Shown here piece by piece: positions 1-12,318 of a stretch of 64,000 nt of DNA (its first letter is position 1; every line of letters starts with the position of its first letter). The stretch comes from Camelus ferus. Lineage: Eukaryota. The stretch spans positions 8,062,001 through 8,126,000 of the forward strand of contig NC_045696.1 in NCBI RefSeq assembly GCF_009834535.1. Reading direction: 5' to 3'. The notes beneath the pieces were generated by a model. It did not search any database. It had not been told where the DNA came from and saw only the letters and a program-made list of their open reading frames with translations. The translations under genes and the position numbers were made by a program.

Positions 1-1279
1 CAAGTGGAGATATCTCCCAGAAAAGAAAAGAAAAAGCAATGGGAAGGAAAACAGGAAACAAATGAGAACAGAAAAATAGAGGGAAAATTTTTGTCAAATA
101 AAAAAGAAAAATCTCCAGATATTAAGGACTTGATTTTCCAGCCTAAGCACCAGTACAAAGCATAGCACTCTATTAAACAATCAAGCATGCCGTTAACATC
201 CTGAGAGAAATCATTCCTAATCTAGAATTACAAGCCAGCCAAATTATATGTAAGGAAAGAGCAAGGGCAGCATAAACATATTCCCAAGAAAAGACGTAAG
301 AATATACTTCCCATGAACTCTGTTCTTAGAACGCTATACCTGTTTTTGGAAAAACAGAAAGGATTCACTGCTGCCAGTAACAAAAACAGCAAATATTTAC
401 TGTGTGCTTATGGCACACACAGGACCTTTATAAGACCTTTAAATGTATCTGCTGGTTTAATTTTTAAAACAACCCCTTAGGTGGTAAGACTGTTACTCTC
501 ATCCTTTAGGTCACACATCCAGTTGTCAGTCAGAATCTGAATCCAGGGAGGGTTCCATAACCCACACTCTCAAGTCACTAATTTATTGTTGCCTGCCAAA
601 GGAGTAACCCCCAAAAGCGGAATATGTGGTGGAATGGAGACAGAACAAAAAGGGGAAGGAAACTTCCCTCCAAAAATGATAAAGGGAAGTCCCCAAATTA
701 CAACTGAGCCAACCAAACTGACAAAATATTGGGTGTGCTTAAATACACCTGGAAAAGATTTTCCAGTTCTCTGAAAGTTTGGATGAAATAGTGATCAGTA
801 CAGAGAAAAACTAAACAAAATACAAATTGATTAGTAACTTCAGGGAAAACAAAAAGCTATATAGCAAAGAAAATGCAACCATAGTTCTGGTTGGCTCATT
901 TGTGAATAATGTGAAGAGTGTTAACCAATCATATAGTAATTCAACCAAAAAAAAGTGACATACACATTAGAAGGCTGAGAGGAGGTGAAGAGTGTATGTG
1001 TCAGCTAAATCTACAGCAGGATTTCTGTGAAACAGCAAGACAGTATCAGAATTTTACTTAGAAAGATGGAGGCAAAAAACAAAAATTTAAGTTTCTGTCA
1101 CTCTGTGTTCCTTTCCGGGATCCGCAGACTTCCTAATGATTTTTTAAAATTTGCATACATTGTGGTTCACCTTTTGTGCCTTAGGTTCTAGGGCTTTTGA
1201 CAAATGCATAAGCTCATTAATTCCTAGGTCCTCTCCTAATGCAAGCATTTGAGTGCTACAACAAAGGAACGAACATGCC

Positions 1280-1454
1280 TTTATTCAAAGAAACTTTATT
1301 TATGGGAACTGAAATATCTATGTCACAGAATTTTCACGTTACGAAATACTTTTCTTTGATTTGTTTTCCCCCCAACCATTTAAGGATAGTGTGCCATACA
1401 AAAACAGGTGGCAGGTTGGATTTGGCCCATAAACTGTAGTTTGCCAACTCCTGT
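1280..1454 (+). mobile_element. hAT-Charlie DNA transposon relic (MER58-like)
   Basis: Ends in ggatttggccc...gtagtttgccaactcctg, typical of the MER58 terminus. Confidence 0.6.
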
Positions 1455-2689
1455 CCTAAAGCAAAAGACCAGTGGAAATGCCAGTCCATAAACTGCAGAT
1501 GGGAGATTTCTGTCAATAAGATTCCAAAAAGCCCATATTACTCACAAAAGACAGATATAGCACATAGACAGCTGCTACACCCAGAGAGCCAGCTAACAAC
1601 ACTAGTCTCTTAAAACTATCTTGACCCTTATCCTTGCTCCCTTTGTTTTCTCAGTCTTGAAGAGACAGAGACGGCAACTTGGGAAGAGCTGGGGAAGGGA
1701 GAAGAGAATCCAACTGCAGAAACAGCAAGGAAAAAAAATAAGTTCACTCCTTTTCCTCACCAGTTTTCTGGGACAGAATTTGGCCCAATCTGAGAAGGAG
1801 CAGGCTTTAAACCGAGTAAGAGCTTTCAAAGTAGTTAAGGTCAGATTTAACACTACCTGAGGCTAAATGGAAAGCGTTAGAATCTGCTCAGATTCACCCC
1901 AGTGAGTTAGCAAATAATGTTTAAAGCCCGTGGTAAGAAAGAATAAAGTTGCTCTCAGTATTCCATCTACGTATTAACTATCTCATTCAATAAACCAGTT
2001 ACGTAACCAAAGAGCCTTTATTCCGAATATGTGAAGAACATTCATAGATCAAGTCCCCTCCAAAGGAAACAGAAAAATGGGCAAAGGATATGAAGTAATT
2101 TTTTAAAAATCCAAAACCAAAAAGGGTGAAATATGAAAAACTTTCAACTCCACAAAGTAAAGTAAATGTAAAGTAAACCCAGATACCATGTCACACTCAC
2201 CAGGAAAAACGTTAAAATCTGATGATACCAGGTGTTGGTAGGAATCTGGCTGAACGAATTAAAGTAAAAGGGCAAAGCACCATTTTTAAAGTAACAGTAC
2301 TACCATTCGGCATGATAAACTTAATGAGACTGGTGCAGCCATTCCTAGGCAGGAGTTCTCCTCAAGAGGAGATGCAAGTTTCTGCATAACAACGCCAACT
2401 TTCTAAGCACAATCAGGTAGAGAGGCCACGCCCACATTTCAGGGTGAGAAAATTTTGATTCACGGAGTGTGACCGCTCCCTCGCACTGAAGATTCAAAGA
2501 TACAAAACATGCTGAAGGATTTCTAGGAACCCGAGACGCTCCGGAACAAACACGAGACCAAGAGACAAGAGGCGAAATAGGAGAGTTCGGTGACCTCGAG
2601 ATTTGGGCTTAACTGGAGGGAAGCGGCAGGAATTTACAAGAAACAGGAAGACTAGTCCCATCTAGCTTTACCCCGTCCCACCGCCAGGA

Positions 2690-3470
2690 GGTCAAGGCTG
2701 CTGGGAATTTCTGACCGCAGAGAAGCCCTCTCTCCCGCTCCGGGACGCCCCGCAGATCTGCAGGCCCGCTAGGGTCAGGGGCCCCGCGGTCCGAGGGGTG
2801 GACGGGCCGGCCGCCGAGGCCTCGCCCTCGGACGACAGCTGCGGGGCAGTCAAGAGAGCCAGGAGGAGGGGCCGTGGCCCCGGCCCGCCCCGAAACCGCA
2901 GAGGCAAAACAGAAACCTAACGCGGGGAAAGGAAACTCAGCCCGGCCCGCGCCGCCCGGCCCAGCTCTGCCAGCCGCCCAGTCGCTTCGCCGTCGGGAGA
3001 GAGATGGCCGCCGCCTCCCCCGGCCCCGCCACGGCCCAAGCCGCCGCTCCGGGCCGACGAGTCGCCACCGCCCACTGCCGGCCCCCCCTCGCTTGCCCGC
3101 CTGCCCGCCCTCATGGGACACGGCCCGCTCCACCCCTCGCGGCTGCTCACCGCGCTGAGGCGGATCCCGCTGGGTGGCTGCGCCGCCATCTTGAGCGAGC
3201 TACAAAGCCAGGACCGGCCTCAGCCGCAATTCGACTGGGAGGCGGCGGGGTATCGCAGTGGAGCCCTCTGTGTTCCGCCCACTTCCGGGGCGGGGCGCGC
3301 GGGTGGCCCCGCCCACTTACTTCCGCCTCTCGGCGCAGTGGAATTGGGAGTATAGGGAAGGTAAATTCCCCCCGGGCTTTAGGACAGCGGGAGAGCTAGG
3401 CTGGAACCTCCCGTCCCTGAGGGATAGGGCGCATGCGCGAGGCGCAGCAGGGGCAAACGGGTTGCTGCAT
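2690..3470 (-). promoter_or_regulatory. MORC3: CpG-island promoter of MORC3
   Basis: Very GC/CpG-rich. YY1-type CCGCCATCTT over the start codon (3183-3192), ETS/GABPA ACTTCCG at 3281 and 3319, GC box GGGGCGGGGC 3287-3296, NRF1 GCGCATGCGC 3429-3438. Confidence 0.9.
3151..3189 (-). CDS. MORC3: MORC family CW-type zinc finger protein 3, first coding exon (MAAQPPSGIRLSA); gene continues beyond window start
   Basis: ATG at 3189-3187 in a CpG island; 39 nt followed by donor GCG|GTGAGC; peptide matches the recalled human MORC3 N-terminus (MAAQPPRGIRLSA); lies downstream of DOP1B as in human. Confidence 0.95.
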
Positions 3471-3509
3471 TAACTGGGTCTGGAGGCTTTGTCAAGTAGT
3501 AACCAGTAC

Positions 3510-3901
3510 TGAGGCTTTAAAGAGCAAAGAGCTTCTTTCGGGTATTGGGAATTGCAATAGGGACACAGAGGTTCCAACGAAATAGAAAGAATGTTCAGGG
3601 AAGGGAAAGAGTCAGGGGATTATAAAGGCAAAACCCACAAGGTTGTTAAAGTTGTCTTGCACGAATTATAATTGACTCTGATACAAAAAGGAAATATTTG
3701 TCCTTAAGGGCTAGACTCTCACGAGTTATTTAGTGTAGGGGCTTGATAAGTATCTGTAATTTCTGGAACATTGCACAGATGTTCTGGATGCCTGTGTTAG
3801 ACGATAAGTGGTCAAAAGGTCAGATTCTATCTGGGCTGAGTCATGTATAAGTCAAACTTCCTCAATGGCCTCTGACTCCATTTTGGAGAGCTCTCTTAGC
3901 A
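3510..3901 (-). mobile_element. Solo ERV1-class LTR immediately upstream of the MORC3 promoter
   Basis: TG...CA ends, AAAATGGAGTC near the 5' end on the minus strand, TATA-like TTATAA at ~3620, flanks gtac/atac (possible 4-bp TSD with one mismatch). Confidence 0.6.
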
Positions 3902-4609
3902 ATACCAAATCTTTTTATTTTCTTTTTGCAGCTTGAGGGTCTGGAGTTTGGTGCCACAGGCGTTGGTGACCCAAAAAGGTGCACTCAGGGTGCTTGACCT
4001 GGTTGGACCTGAATTACATTGAAAAAGCCATCACATGCCCACCATTGTCAGCATGATTTGAAACCTTATTAATGAATTGAAGACTTTGTACTTTTGGGGT
4101 TTACCCTGAAAATTACCATCCTTCGTCCTGATAGAGTCCGTCCTTGCATGCAATTTATTGAGTCATGTACATTTACTCAGTGTCAACTTTGAGCTGGGCG
4201 TTGGGCTATGTTAGTAGGATACAGAAATGAGTAAGTCAAAGGCTGTCAGGTACTGCAGCTAAAGAATTAAAAGGTTAAAAAATATCCATTGCATTTTTGT
4301 AATTGTAAAAGTAATACATTTTGTAAAAATTCAAATAATACAGAAATATAAAACATAAAATTTATCCCAATCCCTTTACCAAAACATATAAACAATTTGG
4401 TGTACATTACCGTAGATTTACTATAAGCTAAATATTATTTACAATATGGAACTAGACCTTCTCTGCAACTTGCATTTTTGTTTTATCTAATTATTTCAAT
4501 TTGAGGTTTATATGTGCCCAAATAATTTTGAATAAATGAATGAGGAAATGTAAACAAAACAAAGCAAAAACCTCTGTTCTGTTGTCACCCTTACCACTGA
4601 CTGTTGAGT

Positions 4610-5019
4610 TGTTGACTGGAAAAAAGTGTACAACCTCAAGGTTGAGAATTACGTTTTATTCAGCGGACATACGGAGGTAGCTCTGAGGGACTGCTCCTAA
4701 GACGTAAGGGAGGAGCCAGCATATATACAAGTTTTTGCAAAAAAATCAAGTAATCAGAACATCAAAAGGTTACTGTTAATTAAAGACATCTCAAGTTAAT
4801 GAATTTAGTGCTTTTCTGTATATGGGAAGATGCAAGAATCTAGGCTCATTGAAAGCACTTTTGATGAGCACCTTAACTCCCTAGGGCCAGTATCCTGGTT
4901 TTCTTCCTCCTGAATCCTCTCAAGGTGCACATTGCGGTGAGGGGGGCGCCAGTGGCTGATGACTTGATGGCTGCAGCATCCTTTGTTTACTGATATGGCA
5001 GGGACATTCTTTGTCCACA
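4610..5019 (-). mobile_element. Solo ERV1-class LTR (artiodactyl type)
   Basis: Minus strand TGTGGACAAAG...TCAACA, TATA-like TATATA at ~4722, AATAAA at ~4655 near the 3' end. Confidence 0.7.
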
Positions 5020-5589
5020 GGGCCAATGACATAATGTGAATCATCTAAGTAAGAGTGTTAGTTAATGCCGTTTGCAATGCTCTGGACTGGGTAATTTCTT
5101 AGTTTCCTCCAGCTGTAAGACTGTATTGCTATGTAAGAGGCTCTTTCATCAACTGTTTATTGACAGCCTACTTTGTGTCTGTCAAAGTGAGGGCTCTAAG
5201 GATGCAGTGATGAGTAAAATAGAGGTTGCCACTCTTGTGGAATTTACAGTCTGGTGGCTGTTTATTAAATAAGTTATGGCTCATTAGTGAGTTACGAAAT
5301 CAGTCTGGTGAGTCTCAATTAGCGAGTGCTTTGTCAAAAAAAAAAAAAAAGAATAGACTTTTAATTTAATAGTATAGTGCAATGTCTATCTGTGCCTAAA
5401 TCCAACTTCTTCACTTCTTAGCTATGTGATGTTTAGCAATGTTGATTTTTTTTCATTTTTCAGTTTTATTAGGTAGAATTGTTACAATTTGACTGCACAT
5501 ATACAATGTATTGCATGTAAATACATATATACAATACACTGCACATATTTTTAAAATTTACATATATGTACTTTTCATTGTTTCTAAGA

Positions 5590-5995
5590 ACAACGTTGAT
5601 TTTGAGATGAGATTAGCCTGGATTATCCGGGTGGGCCATAGATGCAATCACAAATGTCTTTATAATATAAGACATAGGAGGAGGGAGGTTTGGCCACAGG
5701 AGGCTATGTAGCCATGGAAGCATCTCTCTAGAGACTTGAAGATGCTATGATGCTGCTGGTTTTGAAAATGGCGAAGGGCCATGAGCCAAAGGATGCCAGG
5801 AATGCAGCTCCAGAAGCTGAAAAAGGCAAGGAAACTATTCTAGAGCCCTTAGAGTTTCCAGAGGGAATGATCCCCAGCAGACACCTTGGTTTCAGCTCAT
5901 TTCAGACATCTGGTCTCCAGAACTGGAAGAGAATACATTTCTGCAGTTTTAAGACATTAAATTGTTGTAATTTGTTAGAGCAGCAATAGAAATAG
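5590..5995 (+). mobile_element. MaLR LTR (MLT1D-like)
   Basis: gattatccgggtgggcc, gaagctgaaaaaggcaaggaa, tggtctccagaactg, tttgttagagcagcaatagaaa motifs. Confidence 0.8.
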
Positions 5996-6330
5996 ACAAC
6001 CATCTATTCGTGTAGAAGCAAATACTTAACTGTACCTACAAATTCTTGCCTCCCAGGCTCTAATTTTTTTTTTAACCTAATTGTGCACACTGTGGAATTT
6101 TACGTTGTCAAGGCTTACTCATATGTAAGAAATATGAGGTGAATGTGTACAGGCTAACTTAAACCAGATAGTATAAATGGGGCTTTTCCAGGAACATAAA
6201 TACTCTGCTGTTTCCCTCTGGTGCTTGTGTAATATAAACGCAAGCTGATTTGGAAATCTTTATTTTTAAAAATGTCAAAGCTGAGTTTGATATGTTTTTT
6301 ATAGTAAAAACTATCTTCTTTTGGGGGGGT

Positions 6331-6659
6331 GCTGTGTACGGAATGTTTGTCTCCCCTCAAAATTCGTATGTTGACATCCTAACCCACAAGGGGGTGGTAT
6401 TTAGAGGTGGGGGGGCTTTGGGAAGGTGATTAGGTCTAGAGGGTGGCTCCCTCATGAATGGGATTGGTGTCCTCGTAACAGAGACCTACAGAGGTCTCTC
6501 AACCCTTCTGCTATGTAAGGACATGGCAGGAAGAACCAGGAAGGTGCTTTTATCTTGGACTTCCCTGCTAACAGAACTGTGAGAAATAAATATTTATTGT
6601 TTAGGTCACCCAATCTATCGATGGTGTTTTTATTTTAGCAGCCCGAAATGACTAAGACA
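6331..6659 (+). mobile_element. MaLR LTR (MLT1A-like)
   Basis: aaaattcgtatgttgac...cagaactgtgagaaataaa...gactaagaca. Confidence 0.8.
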
Positions 6660-6799
6660 GAAAAAGAAAAATTTTAAATTTCCATAGAAGAGTTAGAACA
6701 TTGGTCCCACAAAATAAAAATCTCTGATTGAAATTAAACACAATGTGAAATCTGGTTGCTTTCACAAACCTATACAGTTATGTATCTTGACTTACATGA

Positions 6800-8500
6800 A
6801 ACAGTGTATCCCAGAGATCCTTCGATAGCTGTACATGAAAAGCTTCCTCACATTGTTTTACAACTTCATGACACTTCATTATATTGCTGTAGTCTATTTA
6901 GCCAGTCTCCTACTGATGAATACTGAGGTTGTCTCCAAACTTTTTGCTATTATCAATAATATTTACAATCAATAACTTGTATGTAAGTCATTTTACACAT
7001 ATGCATGTATAGCAGATAAATTTCCGGAAGTAGAATTGTGGGATCAAAATTACAGCCACTTTTTTTACTTTTGGTAGAAACTGTCCAATTTTCTCCAAAG
7101 AGCTTGTACCGATCTCTATTTCCTATAGCAGTGTAGGGGAAGTCCTGATTTCCTGCTATCACTGATATCTGCCGAAATGGTCAGTGAATAATCTCTCAGA
7201 GCAATTTAAACTTTTTTCTCATATTGTAAGTTTAGGTATCTTTTTACGTTTGTAAAACCCAATTGTTTGTGTGTGTGTCTGTGTGTGTGAACTCCCTGTT
7301 TATATTTTTGCCCACTTTTTTTTAATATGCTGCTAATCCCTGTATCTAATACTTTTTTTCATTTAAAAAGATTGAAGTATAGTTGATTTACAGTGTTTCA
7401 AGTGTACAGCAAAGTGATTCAGTTATAAGTGTGTGTGTATATATATATATGTAAATTATTCTTTTTCAGGTTCTTTTCCAATATAGGTGATTACAAGATC
7501 TTGAATATGGTTCCCTGTGCTATATAGTAGGGCCTTTTTGGTTATCTATTTTATATAAGTTAATCTGAAACTCCCAATTTGTCCCTCCCCCCATCTTTTG
7601 CCCACTTCTCTATTACTTTTGATAGATCTTTCAGTACTGAAGAAATTAGCCCTTTGTAATATGTCTCAAATATTTTTCTGTTTGCCATTTGTCTTTTACT
7701 TTGCTTATGAAGACTTTTGTTGCATAGAATTTTAAAAAGACAATTTATGCAGTCACAATGATAGAACTTTTCCCTTAGGCTTCTAGAATTTATGTTCATT
7801 TAAGAAAGATCATCCTCATTGCTGGTTTATGTAAATATCTTTTCATTTCTTCTAGCATTTTCATGGCTTCTTCATGGTTTCAATCTTTGATCTGCTTGGA
7901 ATTTATTTTGGTGAAAGATGTGAGATATGAACCCAGCTTTTTCCCTTGTTGGTTACCCAGTTATCCCAACACCATTTTTTTTCCTTCTCTTTTTTTTAAT
8001 GGAGGTTCTGAGGATTGAACCCAGGACCTCATGCATGCTAAGCATGTGCTCTGCCACAGGGCTTACCCTCTCCCATCAACACCATTTATTGAATAAGACA
8101 TCTTTCCCTCTATGGTTTTGAAGTGCCACCTTTATTACATACTAAATTTTTCTAGGTATAGAGGTCCATTGATAGACTTTCTATTTTGTTTATTGGTCTC
8201 TTGTCCATTCCTGCACTGGTGCCAATTATTTCAGTTTTATAGTATATTTAAGGATCTCAGGTTAGTTCTCTTCAATACTCTTTAACTTAGAACTTACTCT
8301 TTTAGTTAGACTTTACAACTTTATGATGTTGAATCTTCCTCTTCATGACCTAGTAAATCTTTCCTTTAGCTCCAAGTCTTCTTTTCTCCTTTGGTAGTGT
8401 TGCCTTCAAGGAGCTCTTGTAAATGTTTTTTCCCCTATTTTCTTATTGTTGTTATTGGAAGTGGGATTTTATCCAGCTCATAACTGGTCAATTATATATA
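6800..8500 (-). mobile_element. Degraded old L1 interrupted by a younger L1 tail (7318-7595, TSD ttttgcccactt) and a SINE
   Basis: Antisense L1 3'/ORF2 phrases (caacaccatttattgaataagac); 12-bp direct repeat at 7306-7317 and 7596-7607. Confidence 0.7.
7978..8076 (-). mobile_element. tRNA-derived SINE (camelid Vic-1-like)
   Basis: gaggattgaacccaggacctcatgcatgctaagcatgtgctct with T-rich tail; TSD caacaccattt at 7967-7977 and 8077-8087. Confidence 0.8.
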
Positions 8501-9744
8501 TTTATTGCCTTTAGGCCAGTCATACTCTTCAGTTGGCCACAAGCTCCACCCCACCAATGGTATTAAACAACTTGTTTGCTTCCTGAAGGAATTTAGATTG
8601 TTAGCCTGGCTTAGATTCAGAAACAAACAGAAGATAATTGGAAGGAAAACATGCAACAATATACAACCAAGAGCTTATTAGTTACCGTGGTATCTTTAAT
8701 ATGACACAGAGCTCTCCAAGCAGTACAGTTAATGCACAGAGTCCAGTGTTCCCTCTCCTTACAGAATGGAAGTGCTTGGTTGTCAAAAGGTCCAGTAAAA
8801 ACAAGGACGAGCCCAGTAAAGACATAGCAGTCCTCACAGAGATGCTTCAGGCAGGTTGGGCTCTGAATCTACCTAATCAGGCAGTTCTGGGACCAGCAGG
8901 AAAGAGAGAGGAAAGCATGCCCAGCAGAGCACTCTCGTGTGTCTGAAGTGGTGCTCAGCAAAACCACAGGAACCTCAGCGAGGGGATTCTTAGAGTGATG
9001 GAGACTCCAAGATTAGGGCTGAAAATACACTGTTCCCTGAGCCTACGTTCTCTAGTCCTACAAATTCATTCATTTGATTTACTATTCTTTTTCTTCCTTC
9101 CAGCACCACCTTGAACAGATAAATCAACCTTTGCAGTCTTCTTTCAATTACCTACTAGCTGCCTGTATATGCCAGACACTGAAGGAACCGAAGATGCTGG
9201 CTCTTCCTTTTCCACAAAAGGGCCCTTGCCCTGTACCAGTGATGGACCACTGCATTACTAGGTGCATCCGTAGGGCCACTCGCTGTGCCTGAGGAAGTGT
9301 AGAGAGATGCAAGACTGAGGAGTTTGGATCTCAAAGATGCGCTCCTACATATTTGCTAAGTAAACCAACAAATGATTTGAGCAGGACTTCGCCAGGTGAA
9401 AGAGAAGGAGAAAATAGCTTCAAGCAGATGAAAGAATATACATAAGAAATGCAGGTGAGAAGCCCTGAGTGGTTGGAGGAGACAGGAGAGATGGCCGAGG
9501 CCTTTAGGAAGGAGGCTGGAAAGCCCAGTGAGGCCCCCGGGGTCATTACTACGATTTCAATTTAGAGTAAAATATTAAGCAACAGCTTTTTCTAAAGCTG
9601 AAGCATTGAGGGGCAAGTTTCTCTCCTTAATTTCCCACCCCCCATCTGCTCTGGTTGATTTTGGGGGGAACTCAGGATAGCACAGATGTTTGTTCTCTAG
9701 GTAAGGAGGAGCCTTGGCTATCTCCTCTGTCCTCACTGTTTTAA

Positions 9745-10315
9745 GATTTTATTGTGGTATCATATACAGAACATAAAATTGATCATTTTAACCCTTTCTG
9801 AGTGTACAATTCAGTGACATGAATTACATTCACATTGTTGTGCGACCATCAGCACCACCCATCTCCATAAATGTTTCGTCATCCCAAACTGAAATTCCGT
9901 CCCCATTAAACACTAACCCCTCCTTCCTTCCTCCTCCCAGCCCCTGGTGACGACTGTTCTGGTTCCTTTTTCTATGAATTTGACAATTTCATGTACCTCA
10001 TATAAGTGGAATCTAGTAGTTGTCCTTTTGTGACTGGTTTATTTCACTCAGCATAATGTCCTCAAGATTTATCCATGTGTGAGAATTTCCTTCCTTTCTA
10101 AGGCTGAATATTCCACCGTATACCACATTCTGTTTATCCAGTTCATCCATCGATGGACATTCAGGTTATTTCCACCTCTTGGTTATTGTGGATAATGCTG
10201 CCATGAACATGGGAGTACAAATGTCTCTTCCTGAACTTGATTTCAGTTTTTAGTGGAATTGCTGGATCAGAGGGGTAATTCTATTTTAAACTCTTTGACG
10301 AACTGTCATACTCCC
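9745..10315 (-). mobile_element. L1 3' fragment (L1MA/MB-like)
   Basis: Antisense L1 3' UTR (catataagtggaatc, gtttatccagttcatccatcgatggacatt, gctggatca). Confidence 0.85.
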
Positions 10316-11994
10316 TTCCCAGATCTAATTTTAAAGTCCTTTCCCCCCTTGGTTTAAAGGTGGGCTTATTTGATTTAGATGGAGAACCACTTGGAAAGAG
10401 CTACCTGTATAGGATGAGAACCAGACAAGCTTTAGCCTCAAGGGCTTCCTCCTCGATCACGTAAGAACTGTCATCTTTGTGAATGCGTTGCTCTGCGAAC
10501 TCATGTTTCTCCGAGTGGTCCGGGAAGCACTGGCATGAAAAACAATTTATTATACACACAGATTCCCAGTGTTACCCCGTCTACTGATCCAAACTCTCTG
10601 GAGAGGAGGCTAGGCATTCTGCAAGGTAGCAAGCTCTCTGGATAAGTCTGTTCACGTGCAGGAGTGGGGACCCCTGTTAAATGTTGCTTTGCTGGATTCT
10701 AATCACAACTGACAGGTTTCTAACTGCAGGGTCCTCATAAGCATTCCAAAAAACGCGTGAAGGGGTCTCTTTGCTCTGAACTTCAGAGACAGCACAAAGT
10801 CCAGTTGAAGATGATGAATACAAGTTGTGGAGTGATTACTACACAATCTAACAAAATATGTAAGCATGATAAGACACTACTGTGGTGATTCTCACAAGGT
10901 TCAGTTGCCCCTTACTAAGGAATGGGTGGATTCCTTCACTGGCCCACGTCCATATGCACAGTATTCTCTTCTTTGATGGTTTTACTTTTGCATGTTCATC
11001 ACTTTGTGTGCCCTATGAAAATGCAAGTAATACCTGGTAGAAGGCATAGTCCTACATCAGAGCATTTAATTCCAAAGGCCAGATCCTGCCTGGTCTCCCA
11101 AGTTGTTGTTCAAAACTTTTAACGACAGGCTTCATCAACTATTTCCATGAACCTAGTTACTTCTATTCGTAAATTAACTGGGCATAACACAAATACTGGA
11201 AAATAAGGCTTATCTCCTTTGAAACACACCTCACCACTCCTCGAGAGCCAGGAGCCGCCACCTCTGTGCTGTGCTCCAGGATAAGCTGGCTTGGCAGGAA
11301 GCCCACTGGGTGGGGTAGCACCGAAACTCTTCTTCACATCATGAAAGAGCAGCAGCCCTCTCGGGGTTTTCCTGTTTCACTTTCTCCGCACCGCGGTTGA
11401 GAATGTCACGTTCTAGAGCAAGACAAACCTGGGTTTCGGTTCCTGGCTCTGCTGATTTTATAGAATTGAGTAACAGTCCCTGCCTCCTAAGGGGGTTAGG
11501 AAATCAGGCACGTGACACACGCAGCACCACGCCTGGCCCTGGGAAGCACTGCAGTGGGAAGGACCACACATGCAAACCCCGTTCCCACCACACGTCCTGC
11601 AGCTCTGTGTGTTAAAAGCTCTGCTTTGTCAGAACACCAGTCCCAATGCTCTGCCCTCAGAACAGTGGCACTTTGGTCCCTGGGCTGGACACCTGGCTTA
11701 ACTTCTTCTGGGAGGAACTGAGTCAGAGGCATTGTCTTCAAAGTGGGGTACAGAAGGGTCTCCACTGGGAAGAACAAAAAAAGAATTGCTAATTTTGTTT
11801 TTCCTCATACTTAAAAAACCTCCATTTTCTCTTTTGTAGAACACACAATATGTTAGTACTCAGGTTAATTAATGTAACACACAGGCTTGGCGACACTGAG
11901 GGGTGGGCACAAGTTTCATTTTTACTGATGGGTGCACGATCAAAACTTTATACAGACCACAGAGGTAGCACAGGGGTGGTTAGTTGCTCTGACT

Positions 11995-12135
11995 CTAAGG
12001 TAGTTACCATTGATATTTCCATTTTATAGATGAGAAAACTGAGACACACAGGATTTGCCCTGCCTAGCAAGTGGGGAATGCTGAAGAGTCAATCTAGGCA
12101 AACTGACTTCAGAGCCTGTGCCCTCAAGCACTGTA
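11995..12135 (-). mobile_element. MIR SINE fragment
   Basis: ccattttatagatgagaaaactgag core. Confidence 0.7.
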
Positions 12136-12179
12136 GTATGTATGCTGACAAGGGATTTAGACGTCCATCACATTTACAT

Positions 12180-12318
12180 GGGGGGGGGGCATTAGGTCTA
12201 TTTATTTATGTATTTATTGTTAGGTTTTTTTTTTTCCAACGTGAGTACTTGGGATTGAGCCCAGGACCTCGTGCATGCTGAACATGTACTCTACCGCTGA
12301 ATTACACCCTTCTCCCCA
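12180..12318 (-). mobile_element. tRNA-derived SINE (Vic-1-like)
   Basis: gggattgagcccaggacctcgtgcatgctgaacatgtactctacc with a G-run/TTTA tail. Confidence 0.8.

Noticed and set aside
2609..3473. Overlapping 70-174 aa ORFs on both strands
   Set aside because: Low-complexity Pro/Arg/Gly/Ala products expected in a stop-poor CpG island; only the 39-nt MORC3 exon has a donor and homology support.
7978..8076. tRNA-like A/B-box sequence
   Set aside because: A-rich tail, TSD and multiple diverged copies indicate a SINE, not a tRNA gene.
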